Shown one piece after another: positions 15,434 through 24,865 of a stretch of DNA of 40,739 nt. Source of the stretch: Acinetobacter phage Petty; sequence record KF669656.1, one strand, 5' to 3'. The position numbers were made by a program, and so were the translations under genes. The notes beneath the pieces are model-generated. The model worked only from the letters and a program-made list of their open reading frames with translations. It had not been told where the DNA came from and made no database searches. Positions within the stretch are counted from its first letter, which is position 1. Every line of letters begins with the position of its first letter.

Positions 15434-16362
15434 GTATTAAATTCACACGCTTGAAACACTGGAAACAGACTGCACTTAAAATGTATCACTTGGAAGGTAA
15501 GAACTATACGGAAATTCACAAAGCATTGGGTGTACCGTATGACACTGTGTACGGTGCGTTACGTAAACTGAACGAGTACTTCGATGCAGACACCGTAAAG
15601 AGTAACATGCGTTTACCAACAATCTTCGTGATTGGTGATACACAGTGTAAGCAAGGTATTGATCTTGATTACATGAAGTGGATTGGTTATTACATTGCCC
15701 GTAAACGTCCTGATATTATTATTCATATCGGTGATCATTATGATATGGCTGCACTGTCGAGTTATGATAAAGCATCACTCAAGGCAGAAGGACGACGTAT
15801 CATTGAGGATATTCGTGCTGGTGATTTAGGCTTAGAGTACATTGAGAAAGAGATTGCCAAAGTACAAGGTTATAAACCTCGTAAGATCATCACACTAGGC
15901 AACCATGAAGAACGTATTGATCGCTTCGTTGGTCTTAACCCAGAGTTTGAGGGCTTCATGGGTACTGACCAGTTAGCCTTTGAGAAGTTCGGTTGGGAGG
16001 TTATTCCTTTCCTAACCCCTTGTGATGTAGAGGGTATTTCATTCCAGCACTATGTTCAGAACGTGATGACTGGTAAGCCTCTTGGTGGTACAGCATTGAA
16101 TATCTTAAAGTCCTCTGGTAAGTCATTCGTTATGGGTCATAAGCAAGTGCTTGATATTGCTATCAAACCTACTCTTGGTGGTGGACACCAGATCGGTATT
16201 GTGGTAGGTGCTTGTTACTTACATGATGAAGGTTATAAAGGTGTGCAGGGTAACAATCACTTTCGAGGATGTGTGATGCTTACCGAAGTACATAATGGAT
16301 ATGCACTACCAAGTCCTGTATCTTTGGATTACATGCGTAAAGTTTACGAAGCGAATCATTAA
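15430..16362 (+). CDS. Calcineurin-like metallophosphoesterase with N-terminal sigma70-region-4/LuxR-like HTH
   Basis: Phosphoesterase motifs VIGDTQ, HIGDHYD, GNHEER. N-terminal LKMYHLEGKNYTEIHKALGVPYDTVYGALRKL reads as an HTH. TTG start at 15430 (TTGA overlap with the upstream stop) is needed to include the HTH. Confidence 0.75.
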   Translation: MSIKFTRLKHWKQTALKMYHLEGKNYTEIHKALGVPYDTVYGALRKLNEYFDADTVKSNMRLPTIFVIGDTQCKQGIDLDYMKWIGYYIARKRPDIIIHIGDHYDMAALSSYDKASLKAEGRRIIEDIRAGDLGLEYIEKEIAKVQGYKPRKIITLGNHEERIDRFVGLNPEFEGFMGTDQLAFEKFGWEVIPFLTPCDVEGISFQHYVQNVMTGKPLGGTALNILKSSGKSFVMGHKQVLDIAIKPTLGGGHQIGIVVGACYLHDEGYKGVQGNNHFRGCVMLTEVHNGYALPSPVSLDYMRKVYEANH

Positions 16363-16371
16363 GGAGTCTGT

Positions 16372-17013
16372 ATGAAGATTGGTCTTATTGGATTAGCTGG
16401 TGCTGGTAAGGATACTGCTGCTGTTATTATGCAGCGTATCTTACAGGAGCAGACTGGCAAGTACTACAGTATCGAGCGTTATGCAAACTTGCTTAAGACG
16501 TGTGCTCGTAGAGTGTTTGGCGATAACTTTGATGATCGTGATGTGAAGGAAGTTAAGATACCTGTCACTAAAGAGTTACATGATCTTATGATTGCAGTTA
16601 CATCGTACTGCCAACGAGCGTTAGGGCTTCGTGATAAGGACATTGATCGTTGGCATAGCCTGTGCAATAAGCATCTTGGCAGTCTATCCGAAGTCAGTCC
16701 ACGACTGTTCCAACAACTGCTAGGTACAGAGGTAGGACGGGCTATTAATCCTGATGTGTGGGTAAACTACCTACACTCACAGGACTATGGCATGATCATT
16801 ACAGATTGTCGTTTCCCAAACGAATTAGTAGATAAGCGTATCTTAATTATTCGTCACGATGTACCTGAGAATATCCATAGCTCGGAGGAGTTTGCTGCAA
16901 AGCTACAGACTGATCATACAGCACGTTTAGGTGTCGTTGATTACGTTATTCACAACACAGGTACGATTGAAGAACTCGAAACACGTTTACGTTTCGCACT
17001 CACAACACTTTAG
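16372..17013 (+). CDS. dNMP kinase (P-loop)
   Basis: N-terminal Walker A MKIGLIGLAGAGKDT as in the T4 gp1 dNMP kinase; AAGGAG RBS. Confidence 0.75.
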   Translation: MKIGLIGLAGAGKDTAAVIMQRILQEQTGKYYSIERYANLLKTCARRVFGDNFDDRDVKEVKIPVTKELHDLMIAVTSYCQRALGLRDKDIDRWHSLCNKHLGSLSEVSPRLFQQLLGTEVGRAINPDVWVNYLHSQDYGMIITDCRFPNELVDKRILIIRHDVPENIHSSEEFAAKLQTDHTARLGVVDYVIHNTGTIEELETRLRFALTTL

Positions 17014-17021
17014 GAGTTCAA

Positions 17022-19493
17022 ATGCAAGACCTATATGAACGTCAGTTAGCGTTGGAGGAGGAGTACTCTAACGCAAGTTTAGCAGCAGGGCAACAGGTCG
17101 TATTAGATGCCTTTAAACAGGGTCGTGCTGCTGATATTAGTGCAGGGCGTGTCCTACTAGCCAAAGCCTTTGAAGCAGGCTTAGAACAGTTTACAGTGGC
17201 TCTAGCGAAGCCTTCTCGTGGGCTTGCTGGCAAGTACCGTAAATTATTACACTATGCACCTCCTGACGTTTTGGTAATGGCTGGTTTACGTGAAGTTATT
17301 AACGCATGTGCCAGTGCAGAACCAGTAAGTATGCAATACGTATTAACTCGTGTAGGACGTATTATCGAAGCTGAGTCTATGCTGGCTTGTATGCAACAAG
17401 TGAACGCACAGTACACTAATCGTACAGTACAGTACTTAGATTCAGCAGGCACAAAATCAATCACTCACCGTTACCGTACATTCTTGTCTGGTGCTCAGAA
17501 CATGGGTATGGATTGGGAGATATGGTCAAACACAGAACGTGTGCAAGTGGCTCGTATATTACTCACAGAGTTATATGAAGCTACAGGCTTGTTCAAGTGG
17601 GTGACACCTCAGTACAACTCATCACATACACAGTACTACCTAGAACCTTCTGAGGCTCTGGCTAAACACTTCCAAGATATTCAGAGTGCTGCTCGTGCTG
17701 TCATTAAGTATCCACCTATGCTCATTAAGCCTATGGATTGGGAAGGTTACATGAACGGTGGGTATCTAACTGAATGGTTTAGACACAATAGCCCTATGTG
17801 CTCACTTCGATATGTACGCCAGATTGATCGCAACTGGATTGTCAAAGGTCTATCAGATGAAGCTGCACAACCTGTACGTGATGCAATGAACAAAGCACAG
17901 AGTACAGCATATCGTGTTAATAAACAAGTACTTGAGGTACTGCGTAAAGCGACAGCAATGCGTGTGGGTATTTTAGGTTTACCGTCATTTGCTGAACTAC
18001 CTCAACCTGAATTTCCACTAGCAGATGGTTGGCAAAAGGATGATGCAACTGAATCTGAACTTGAGATTTTCCAACTATGGAAATCTCGTATGGCAGCTTG
18101 GTACACGGCTGAGAATAAACGCAAAGGTCGTCATACAGGCATTTTAATTAAGTTACGTGAACTCACACGATACAAGGACGAGGAGGCTCTGTACTTCCCA
18201 ACATTCATCGACTGGCGTGGTCGCCTGTACTTCCGTAGTGCATTGAATCCACAAGCCAATGATGCTGTGAAGGGGTGCTTAGAGTTCGCCAATGGCAAGC
18301 CTCTTGGTAAAGATGGTTTGTTCTGGTTGAAGGTACACGTAGCGAATTGCTGTGGTTATGATAAGCATGACCCTGAACTAAAGGCGAAATGGACTGATGA
18401 GAACTGGACACAAATTGAAGATTTTATCAATAACCCGTTGGACGTTGATGCCCCTGAACCAGACACAGCATTTACCTTATTACAGGCTGGTCTGGCACTT
18501 CAAGCTGCGCTATCGCTGGAGAATCCAGAAGCCTACGTATGCCATGTCCCAGTCGCTATGGATGCAACTTGTTCAGGTCTGCAACACCTCAGTGCGCTCA
18601 CTCGTGACCCAGTAGGTGCGTACTATACTAACCTGATTGATAACGGTACTGATAAAAAGTCCGATATTTATTTACGAGTAGCCAGTGTAGCAGACGAAAC
18701 GAAAGCAGACTTCTGTTTACGTAAGAAAACTATCAAAGGTAAAGTAGAGAACGTGGCTGACCTTGTACTAGAGCATTATTGGAAGGAACGTAGTATCAGT
18801 CGTAATATGGCTAAGAAGCCTGTAATGACTTTCGTGTACGGTAGCACGTTATTAAGTACCATCGAGAGTATCGCATTAGATATGTCAGAGGGAGGTATGC
18901 CCGTCATCGAAGAAGATGGTAAGGTCATCTACAGCCACACAGCACTTGCCACACCTATTGGTAAAGCACTTCGTCGTGGTGTCTTAGAAACTGTACCAGA
19001 AGCAGCTAAGATGATGAGTTACTTACAGAAAATTGTACGTAGCCACAAAGATCAATGTATGCGTTGGTTCACACCAGTAGGTGTTCCAGTAGTGAACTGG
19101 ACAGAAGGTACTACAGACAAACGTATTAATATCCGTTCTATGGGTGTTGAGAAAGTTCTGATGATCTTCCGTACAGGGGAGTACGATACTCGTCGTGCAG
19201 CTAATGGTATTGTACCTAACTTTGTACATAGTATGGACAGTGCTCACCTATGCGCTACAATCAATCATTTCGAGGGTGACGTACTACCTATCCACGATTC
19301 ATTTGCAACACACCCTAGCGACGTAAGTGCTTTACACACATCACTTAGAAGTACATTCGTAGAGTTATACCAGAACTTTAAGATCGAAGATTTCTTGGAG
19401 TTCAATAGTGTGGATTACGAAGAACACACACCACCACCTCAAGGTAACTTAGATTTATCTCATGTTATCAATTCCCGTTATATGTTTGGTTAA
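17022..19493 (+). CDS. Single-subunit DNA-dependent RNA polymerase (T7 RNAP family)
   Basis: 823 aa. DWRGRLYFRSALNPQANDAVKG matches T7 DWRGRVYAVSMFNPQGNDMTKG; catalytic motifs DATCSGLQHLSALTRD, PVMTFVYGS, IHDSFAT, NFVHSMD. Confidence 0.95.
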   Translation: MQDLYERQLALEEEYSNASLAAGQQVVLDAFKQGRAADISAGRVLLAKAFEAGLEQFTVALAKPSRGLAGKYRKLLHYAPPDVLVMAGLREVINACASAEPVSMQYVLTRVGRIIEAESMLACMQQVNAQYTNRTVQYLDSAGTKSITHRYRTFLSGAQNMGMDWEIWSNTERVQVARILLTELYEATGLFKWVTPQYNSSHTQYYLEPSEALAKHFQDIQSAARAVIKYPPMLIKPMDWEGYMNGGYLTEWFRHNSPMCSLRYVRQIDRNWIVKGLSDEAAQPVRDAMNKAQSTAYRVNKQVLEVLRKATAMRVGILGLPSFAELPQPEFPLADGWQKDDATESELEIFQLWKSRMAAWYTAENKRKGRHTGILIKLRELTRYKDEEALYFPTFIDWRGRLYFRSALNPQANDAVKGCLEFANGKPLGKDGLFWLKVHVANCCGYDKHDPELKAKWTDENWTQIEDFINNPLDVDAPEPDTAFTLLQAGLALQAALSLENPEAYVCHVPVAMDATCSGLQHLSALTRDPVGAYYTNLIDNGTDKKSDIYLRVASVADETKADFCLRKKTIKGKVENVADLVLEHYWKERSISRNMAKKPVMTFVYGSTLLSTIESIALDMSEGGMPVIEEDGKVIYSHTALATPIGKALRRGVLETVPEAAKMMSYLQKIVRSHKDQCMRWFTPVGVPVVNWTEGTTDKRINIRSMGVEKVLMIFRTGEYDTRRAANGIVPNFVHSMDSAHLCATINHFEGDVLPIHDSFATHPSDVSALHTSLRSTFVELYQNFKIEDFLEFNSVDYEEHTPPPQGNLDLSHVINSRYMFG

Positions 19494-19503
19494 GGAGTCT
19501 ATT

Positions 19504-19827
19504 ATGTTAATTTCAATTATTGTTCTTGCAATCCTAGTTGTTTCTGCTGTAGCTACAACTGTTTACCGTTCACCTAAGATTAAGGTAGCATGGGCAGAAT
19601 ACGTAGCCCTAGTTAAGTCTATGGGTACTAAGAATTTCTTAGCGGAGTGTAAGGACGATCTTAAGCACTCTTGGAACGTAACCCGTAAAGCATTTGGTAA
19701 CTTATGGCAAGCATTCAAATTAGTTGGCTTGTGGTTGAGTGTACCTTTCATTGTATTTATAGGTTTACCACTGGTTCTTTTATTGGTCTGTTTAGCATTA
19801 ACTTTCGTTCCCAACCGTCGTATCTAA
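19504..19827 (+). CDS. Small membrane protein (107 aa, TM helices at both ends)
   Basis: ATG at 19504 with AAGGAG RBS; N-terminal MLISIIVLAILVVSAVATTV and C-terminal LWLSVPFIVFIGLPLVLLLVCLALTF. Confidence 0.65.
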   Translation: MLISIIVLAILVVSAVATTVYRSPKIKVAWAEYVALVKSMGTKNFLAECKDDLKHSWNVTRKAFGNLWQAFKLVGLWLSVPFIVFIGLPLVLLLVCLALTFVPNRRI

Positions 19828-19846
19828 GTTATTGATTCTATATTAA

Positions 19847-19872
19847 AATTTAGAAGGGACACTTATAAGATA
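19847..19872 (+). promoter_or_regulatory. Putative phage-RNAP late promoter (AATTTAGAAGGGACACTTATAAGATA) ahead of the structural module
   Basis: Identical to the 12922 copy; intergenic; immediately followed by GGAG and the first structural-region gene. Confidence 0.65.
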
Positions 19873-19883
19873 GGAGATAAGAT

Positions 19884-20087
19884 GTGACTACTCATAAACG
19901 AACAGATTTAACACCTAAAGCCCCTAAGTTTACTCAAGATCAGATTGATTGGTTAGATAGTATATTCCCAGAGAATGAGAATATTAAATCCACTAAAGAG
20001 GAGCTATTTATTAATCTAGGTACTCGTCGAGTAGTTCTGTATCTTAAACGATTGCATAGTGAACATAAGCGTAACGCTTTATTATAG
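19884..20087 (+). CDS. Hypothetical protein (67 aa, GTG start)
   Basis: GTG at 19884, 7 nt after GGAG; the adjacent ATG at 19882 is followed at once by TGA. Confidence 0.55.
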   Translation: MTTHKRTDLTPKAPKFTQDQIDWLDSIFPENENIKSTKEELFINLGTRRVVLYLKRLHSEHKRNALL

Positions 20088-20096
20088 GAGGTATTT

Positions 20097-20372
20097 ATGG
20101 GTATGGGTTCTAAACTTAAGAAGTTGGTTAAGAAAGGTATTAATAGCTTATTCGGTGTAGGTGCTATGAAAGATATGGCAGCAGCACAGGAAGCTCAACT
20201 ACGACAGCAAACTGAGGCAGCTAAACTGAACTCCATGAACGAGATAGATAACGTGACGCAGTTCTCCGATAATACTGCACAATTCGCTGACTTTGGTGGT
20301 GGTGATAATACCAACCGTCGTAAGAAACGAAGTGCTGGTGCATTCTCAAGTGGTATTGGCTTACAAGTCTAA
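20097..20372 (+). CDS. Hypothetical small virion-module protein (91 aa)
   Basis: ATG at 20097 with AGGAGG RBS; the gene just ahead of the portal gene. Confidence 0.7.
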   Translation: MGMGSKLKKLVKKGINSLFGVGAMKDMAAAQEAQLRQQTEAAKLNSMNEIDNVTQFSDNTAQFADFGGGDNTNRRKKRSAGAFSSGIGLQV

Positions 20373-20381
20373 GGAGGTGGT

Positions 20382-21923
20382 ATGAACAACCCACAGTACA
20401 AATTAAGTGCTTTATTTGCCAAGTACCGTGATGATGCTCTACTATCCAAACTTGAGGAGTACGCTCAGTGGACTATCCCTAGCGTATTTCCTCGTGAGGG
20501 TTCTATGGGTAATTTCCAGAACGCTTCTATTGAGTACGACTTTCAAAGTAAAGGTGCACTCGTTGTGAATCGTTTAGCTACAAAGTTAGCCAGAACCCTA
20601 TTCCCTGCGAACACCTCGTTCTTTCGGATGGACTTAAGTGATGAAGTTAAGAAGTTGTTTCAACAACAACAGATTGATGACATCCTTTCCTATGAGAACA
20701 AGGCGTGTGAACGTATCTTCTTGAATGCGTCGTATGCACAGTTGGTTCAAGCAATGCGCTTATTGATCATTACAGGTGAGTGTTTACTATTCCGTTACAA
20801 TGACAGTATTCGAGTGTACTCCCTACGGAACTACGTTGCAAAACGAAGTGCGTTAGGTGATATACTTGAGCTAGTTATTGTAGAGAAGAAGTTTTACTCT
20901 GAACTTGATGAGGCAGTCCAAGCCGTGATTGATACCCAACCCAACGACGATCAATTAGACTTGTACACCCATGTTAAAAAGACTCCACAAGGAACTTGGG
21001 TGGTTCGACAGGAAATTAATGGTAAAGACATCGGCACATATGCTGAGTACATTAACAAGTTATGCCCGTACATTCCTGTAACATGGAACTTCGTGAACGG
21101 TGATAACTATGGGCGTGGGTACGTAGAGGACTACGCTGCCGATTTATTCAAGCTGTCTGAGTTATCTCGTGCATTAGCTGAGTATGAATTAGAAATGCTC
21201 CGTATCCTACATATCGTAAACCCTGCTGGTATCTTTGACACGCACACTGCTGAGTCTGCTCCTAGCGGTACGTATGTGCATGGCGACCCTGCTGCGGTTA
21301 CACCTTACGAGTCTGGCGAGTACAATAAAGTACTACAGATTCGACAAGACTTACAGCTTATTGAAGAACGCTTGGATGTAGCTTTCATGTACACGGGGAA
21401 CTCTCGTGACGGTGAACGTGTTACAGCTTATGAGATTCGAGCTAATGCTGAGGAAGCAGAACAAGTCTTGGGTGGTGTGTACTCACAACTCTCACAGAAT
21501 TTACATTTACCTCTGGCGTATTTATTACTCCACGAGGAGAACGATCAAATCATTTATGATATTGAACGTGAGAATTTAAAACTTAATATCTTAACAGGTT
21601 TACAGGCTCTATCCCGTAGTTCCGAGAATCAGAACTTAGTGGTAGCTTGTTCTGAGATTAACACAGTTATCCCTACCTTCACACAACTAGGTCTTTCTAA
21701 GAAATGGAACATTGATGCCATTGCAGAAAGTATCTTAGTGGCGAATGGTGTGAATATCCAGAGTATGCAGTACTCGGAGGAAGAATTAATGCAAATCCAA
21801 CAGGCTGAACAAGAAGCGCAGATGCAACAGCAGATGCAAGCTCAAGCTCAGATGATGGGTGCTGGACAATTAACAGGTCAAGAATCTGCGGTAGATGCTT
21901 TAGCTGCTGCTCGACAAATGTAA
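20382..21923 (+). CDS. Portal (head-to-tail connector) protein, T7 gp8-like
   Basis: 513 aa; first large gene of the structural block. Gln-rich C-terminus QQAEQEAQMQQQMQAQAQMM typical of T7-family portals. AAGGAGG RBS. Confidence 0.85.
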   Translation: MNNPQYKLSALFAKYRDDALLSKLEEYAQWTIPSVFPREGSMGNFQNASIEYDFQSKGALVVNRLATKLARTLFPANTSFFRMDLSDEVKKLFQQQQIDDILSYENKACERIFLNASYAQLVQAMRLLIITGECLLFRYNDSIRVYSLRNYVAKRSALGDILELVIVEKKFYSELDEAVQAVIDTQPNDDQLDLYTHVKKTPQGTWVVRQEINGKDIGTYAEYINKLCPYIPVTWNFVNGDNYGRGYVEDYAADLFKLSELSRALAEYELEMLRILHIVNPAGIFDTHTAESAPSGTYVHGDPAAVTPYESGEYNKVLQIRQDLQLIEERLDVAFMYTGNSRDGERVTAYEIRANAEEAEQVLGGVYSQLSQNLHLPLAYLLLHEENDQIIYDIERENLKLNILTGLQALSRSSENQNLVVACSEINTVIPTFTQLGLSKKWNIDAIAESILVANGVNIQSMQYSEEELMQIQQAEQEAQMQQQMQAQAQMMGAGQLTGQESAVDALAAARQM

Positions 21924-21932
21924 GGAGATACC

Positions 21933-22829
21933 ATGACAACTTTTGCACAACAACCTCAACCACAAGCTCAACAACAAGTACAGCAAGTGCCTGCTGCTGG
22001 TTCACCATTGACACCTAACGCTGTCCCTGCTGGTATCCCACAAATCCCTGCTGGTGCTCAACTAGGTGGTGAGGGTTATGCTCAGAATCAAGCTGCTGCT
22101 GTGCCTCAGTATCAACAGCCTCAACCACAATTCCAAACACCTGTTCCACAGCAACCTGTAGTACCTGTAGTACCTGTAGCTCCTGTAGTTCCTAAACAAC
22201 AGCCTAATCCGTATCAAGCCCCTGCAATTGACCCTAACGCTAACTACATCGACACTTCAATTCAGTACTTAGCTTCTGAGTTAAATGTAAGCCCAGATGC
22301 TTTTGACGCAGTTCTGGATAAGGCTTTAGAGCATGGTGATATTAATTTAATTAACCCTGCTGCTATGGGTAACTTAACACCAGAACAGGCTCAACGTGTT
22401 ACGGCTTTAGCTACTGCTGCGTACCAACAAGTACAAGAGCAAGTACGATCAGCACAGAACACTGTGTATGAACTTGCTGGTGGTGAGGCTGCATGGAACA
22501 ATGCTATTCAAACATTTAACAGTACTGCTACTGAGCAAGAGAAGGCTTATGTAGAATACTTGATTGACCAAAAGGTTGATGCTCGTGCTGCTGGTGAGTA
22601 CGTTCTTAACGTACTACGCACCAGTGGTCGTACTAACAACATTGTACAAGCTCCTGTAGTGGGTGGCGTTGGTACAGTAACACACGGTTTATCTCGTGCA
22701 GAGTACATGGCTGAGGTCGCTAAGCTCGAACAAGAGATCGGCAACCGTTCATTCGATGACCCTATGTTCGCTGGACGTATGGCTGCACTTGATCAACGTC
22801 GTGCACTAGGTCGCCAACAAGGTCGTTAA
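21933..22829 (+). CDS. Scaffolding protein
   Basis: 298 aa, Gln/Pro/Ala-rich and low complexity; lies between the portal and capsid genes as T7 gp9 does. Confidence 0.8.
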   Translation: MTTFAQQPQPQAQQQVQQVPAAGSPLTPNAVPAGIPQIPAGAQLGGEGYAQNQAAAVPQYQQPQPQFQTPVPQQPVVPVVPVAPVVPKQQPNPYQAPAIDPNANYIDTSIQYLASELNVSPDAFDAVLDKALEHGDINLINPAAMGNLTPEQAQRVTALATAAYQQVQEQVRSAQNTVYELAGGEAAWNNAIQTFNSTATEQEKAYVEYLIDQKVDARAAGEYVLNVLRTSGRTNNIVQAPVVGGVGTVTHGLSRAEYMAEVAKLEQEIGNRSFDDPMFAGRMAALDQRRALGRQQGR

Positions 22830-22843
22830 TTCAATTTAAACAT

Positions 22844-22860
22844 GGGAGGTAATTCCTCCC
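22844..22860 (+). promoter_or_regulatory. Hairpin GGGAGG-taatt-CCTCCC in the scaffold-capsid intergenic region
   Basis: 6-bp GC stem 20 nt upstream of the capsid ATG; possible mRNA-stabilising or processing structure. Confidence 0.3.
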
Positions 22861-22879
22861 CTACTATAAGGAGATATTT

Positions 22880-23890
22880 ATGCCTACTTTATATGCTGGT
22901 AATGCTACCCGTCCACATTGGGGCGGTGCTTCGTCTGACATCGACCAACACTTAGAGAAGTACGATGGTATTCGTGATTCTAAGTTTAACTATGTTTCGC
23001 AGTTCGTGAGTTTATCGGCACAGCGTTCTGTGGCTGATGAAACTAACAACTTCCGTTTTGACCGTTTGAATACCTCTGAGGTTAAAGGTCGTGGTGTAGG
23101 TGGTGATATTGTTGCTCAACGTGTTACTTCTGCTAAAGTAAACGTCGTTGTAGAAATGATGATGTACATTCGTAACCCGATTGATTACTTGGATAAGTGG
23201 ACTGCACCTGACTACTTAGGTGATATGGCACGTAACAACGGTACTTCATTCGCTAAAGCGTTTGACGAAGCACACATCATTCGTCTTATCAAAGCCCGTA
23301 ATTGGGTAGCCCCTGCTCACCTCAAACCAGCTTTCAACGATGGTATGTCTGTGACTGTAGATGTTAAAGGTGGTAATGCCTTGACTATCTCGGACTTGGA
23401 GGCTAACGCTGCTGCACTGTACGTTGCTATTGGTAAGATCGTTGAAGAACTTACTATCCGTGACACTCCATTGGAGAACATGGTGTGCTTAGTAACCCCT
23501 GCTCAGTTCAGCACTTTGTTGAATCACCCTAAGTTGATCAATAAAGATTACACTGAGAGCAATGGTGACTTCGCTCGTCGTCGTGTGGTTATGGCTCACG
23601 GTATTCCTATCGTGCAGAACACGTCTTTCCCTAAGACTACCATCACTAACCACATCTTGAGCACTGCCACTAACGGTAATGCTTTCAACGTGACTGCTGA
23701 TGACCTTAAGGGTCAGATCATCGTGTTCGACAAGAACTTATCGTTGGTGACTGTAACTGCTAAGCCATTCACCTCTCGTTTCTATGACGATGAAACTAAC
23801 ATGACTTATGTACTTGACTGTTACTCTATGTGGACTGTTGATGTACGTCGTCCAGACACCATTGGTGTTGTGTTAGTGAACGAGGTATAA
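22880..23890 (+). CDS. Major capsid protein
   Basis: 336 aa; position after the scaffold gene; strong AAGGAGA RBS; followed by a canonical terminator, as for T7 gene 10 and phiKMV gp32. Confidence 0.85.
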   Translation: MPTLYAGNATRPHWGGASSDIDQHLEKYDGIRDSKFNYVSQFVSLSAQRSVADETNNFRFDRLNTSEVKGRGVGGDIVAQRVTSAKVNVVVEMMMYIRNPIDYLDKWTAPDYLGDMARNNGTSFAKAFDEAHIIRLIKARNWVAPAHLKPAFNDGMSVTVDVKGGNALTISDLEANAAALYVAIGKIVEELTIRDTPLENMVCLVTPAQFSTLLNHPKLINKDYTESNGDFARRRVVMAHGIPIVQNTSFPKTTITNHILSTATNGNAFNVTADDLKGQIIVFDKNLSLVTVTAKPFTSRFYDDETNMTYVLDCYSMWTVDVRRPDTIGVVLVNEV

Positions 23891-23895
23891 TCGTA

Positions 23896-23926
23896 TAGGC
23901 TACTCTCACGGGTAGCCTTTTTTTAG
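23896..23926 (+). terminator. Rho-independent terminator after the capsid gene
   Basis: AGGCTAC-tctcacgg-GTAGCCT stem-loop followed by TTTTTTT, 6 nt after the capsid stop. Confidence 0.8.
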
Positions 23927-23946
23927 TTTGTAAAGGAGATTATTAT

Positions 23947-24192
23947 ATGGCAAATTTAGGTCACGTAACAAGTACTGCTTTGACTGGTGAAGAAGCCCCT
24001 GTGTTTGAAGCAGCAACAGTCACTAAGGTCGTGAAGCAGGCAGCTAAGACTAATGATGAAGTACAGAACTTACGTACTGAACTAGCTGAAATGAAAGAGC
24101 TAGTTGCTGCATTAGTAGCTGCGAAAGAACCTGTAAAAGAACCTACTACTCGTAGTCGTGCTAAGGCAACAGACGAGGTTAAGGAAGGTTAA
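23947..24192 (+). CDS. Small Lys/Glu/Ala-rich protein (81 aa)
   Basis: ATG at 23947 with AAGGAGA RBS, immediately after the capsid terminator; helical, charged sequence. Confidence 0.65.
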   Translation: MANLGHVTSTALTGEEAPVFEAATVTKVVKQAAKTNDEVQNLRTELAEMKELVAALVAAKEPVKEPTTRSRAKATDEVKEG

Positions 24193-24198
24193 TACATT

Positions 24199-24287
24199 GT
24201 GAACTCAGAAATGGGTTCACTTTAAGATAGTAGTTCCCTTGAATGAAGATAAGTTCAAGATTGCGCTACTATCTTAAAGTGAATCAC
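24199..24287 (+). promoter_or_regulatory. Compound inverted-repeat structure between the 81-aa ORF and tail tube gene A
   Basis: GTGAAC-10nt-GTTCAC (24199..24220), then a 13-bp perfect inverted repeat TTTAAGATAGTAG / CTACTATCTTAAA (24221..24233, 24266..24278) enclosing a nested CTTGAA/TTCAAG hairpin, then GTGAATCAC. Confidence 0.45.
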
Positions 24288-24305
24288 TTAATAAAGGAGG
24301 ATAGT

Positions 24306-24857
24306 ATGGAACTATTGAAAGCTGTGAATGCTGTTCTACCACATTTAGGTGAACACCCAATCACACGTATTGAAGGTGCTAAGCACCCCACAGTCGATCT
24401 TATTTTGGCTGCTATTGAACGCCATCGTTTATCTCTATTGAGTTCTGGTTGGTGGTTTAATGAGCTTACTATGACAATTCCAGTAAACTCAGATGATATG
24501 ATTGATGTACCAAAAGATGCTTTAGCAGTATATGGTATTGATTGTCAAGTTGAGATTGATGGTGAGAAGTTCTTTGATTTAGCTAATGGTACACGTTATT
24601 TCACAAAACCTATTAAAGTACGTATTATTCGTGATATTGAGTTTACGAAGTTACCAATTGCTGTAGCGTTGTACATTACGTATAGTGCTGGTGCTGAGGT
24701 GTACTTGCAAGATTATGGGCGTGAGAACACTGTACCAGAGTTACAAGACTTGGCAACTAAGCAGTTATACTTAGTGGAGCAAGAGAATCTTCGTAAACGT
24801 AATTATAATAGTCGTAATTCAGTACGACGCAGTATCCGTGCTGTCAAGTTCCGATAG
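24306..24857 (+). CDS. Tail tubular protein A (T7 gp11-like)
   Basis: ELLKAVNAVLPHLGEHPITRIEGAKHP...SSGWWFN parallels T7 gp11 [27 protein letters not shown]...SRGWTFN; AAGGAGG RBS. The ORF-track start at 24243 lies inside the hairpin. Confidence 0.85.
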   Translation: MELLKAVNAVLPHLGEHPITRIEGAKHPTVDLILAAIERHRLSLLSSGWWFNELTMTIPVNSDDMIDVPKDALAVYGIDCQVEIDGEKFFDLANGTRYFTKPIKVRIIRDIEFTKLPIAVALYITYSAGAEVYLQDYGRENTVPELQDLATKQLYLVEQENLRKRNYNSRNSVRRSIRAVKFR

Positions 24858-24865
24858 GAGGTAAT

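Noticed and set aside
22880-23930. Possible -1 frameshift extension of the capsid gene (T7 10A/10B style)
   Set aside because: The capsid stop is followed within 6 nt by a terminator hairpin. No extended -1 frame ORF or slippery heptamer was seen at the 3' end.
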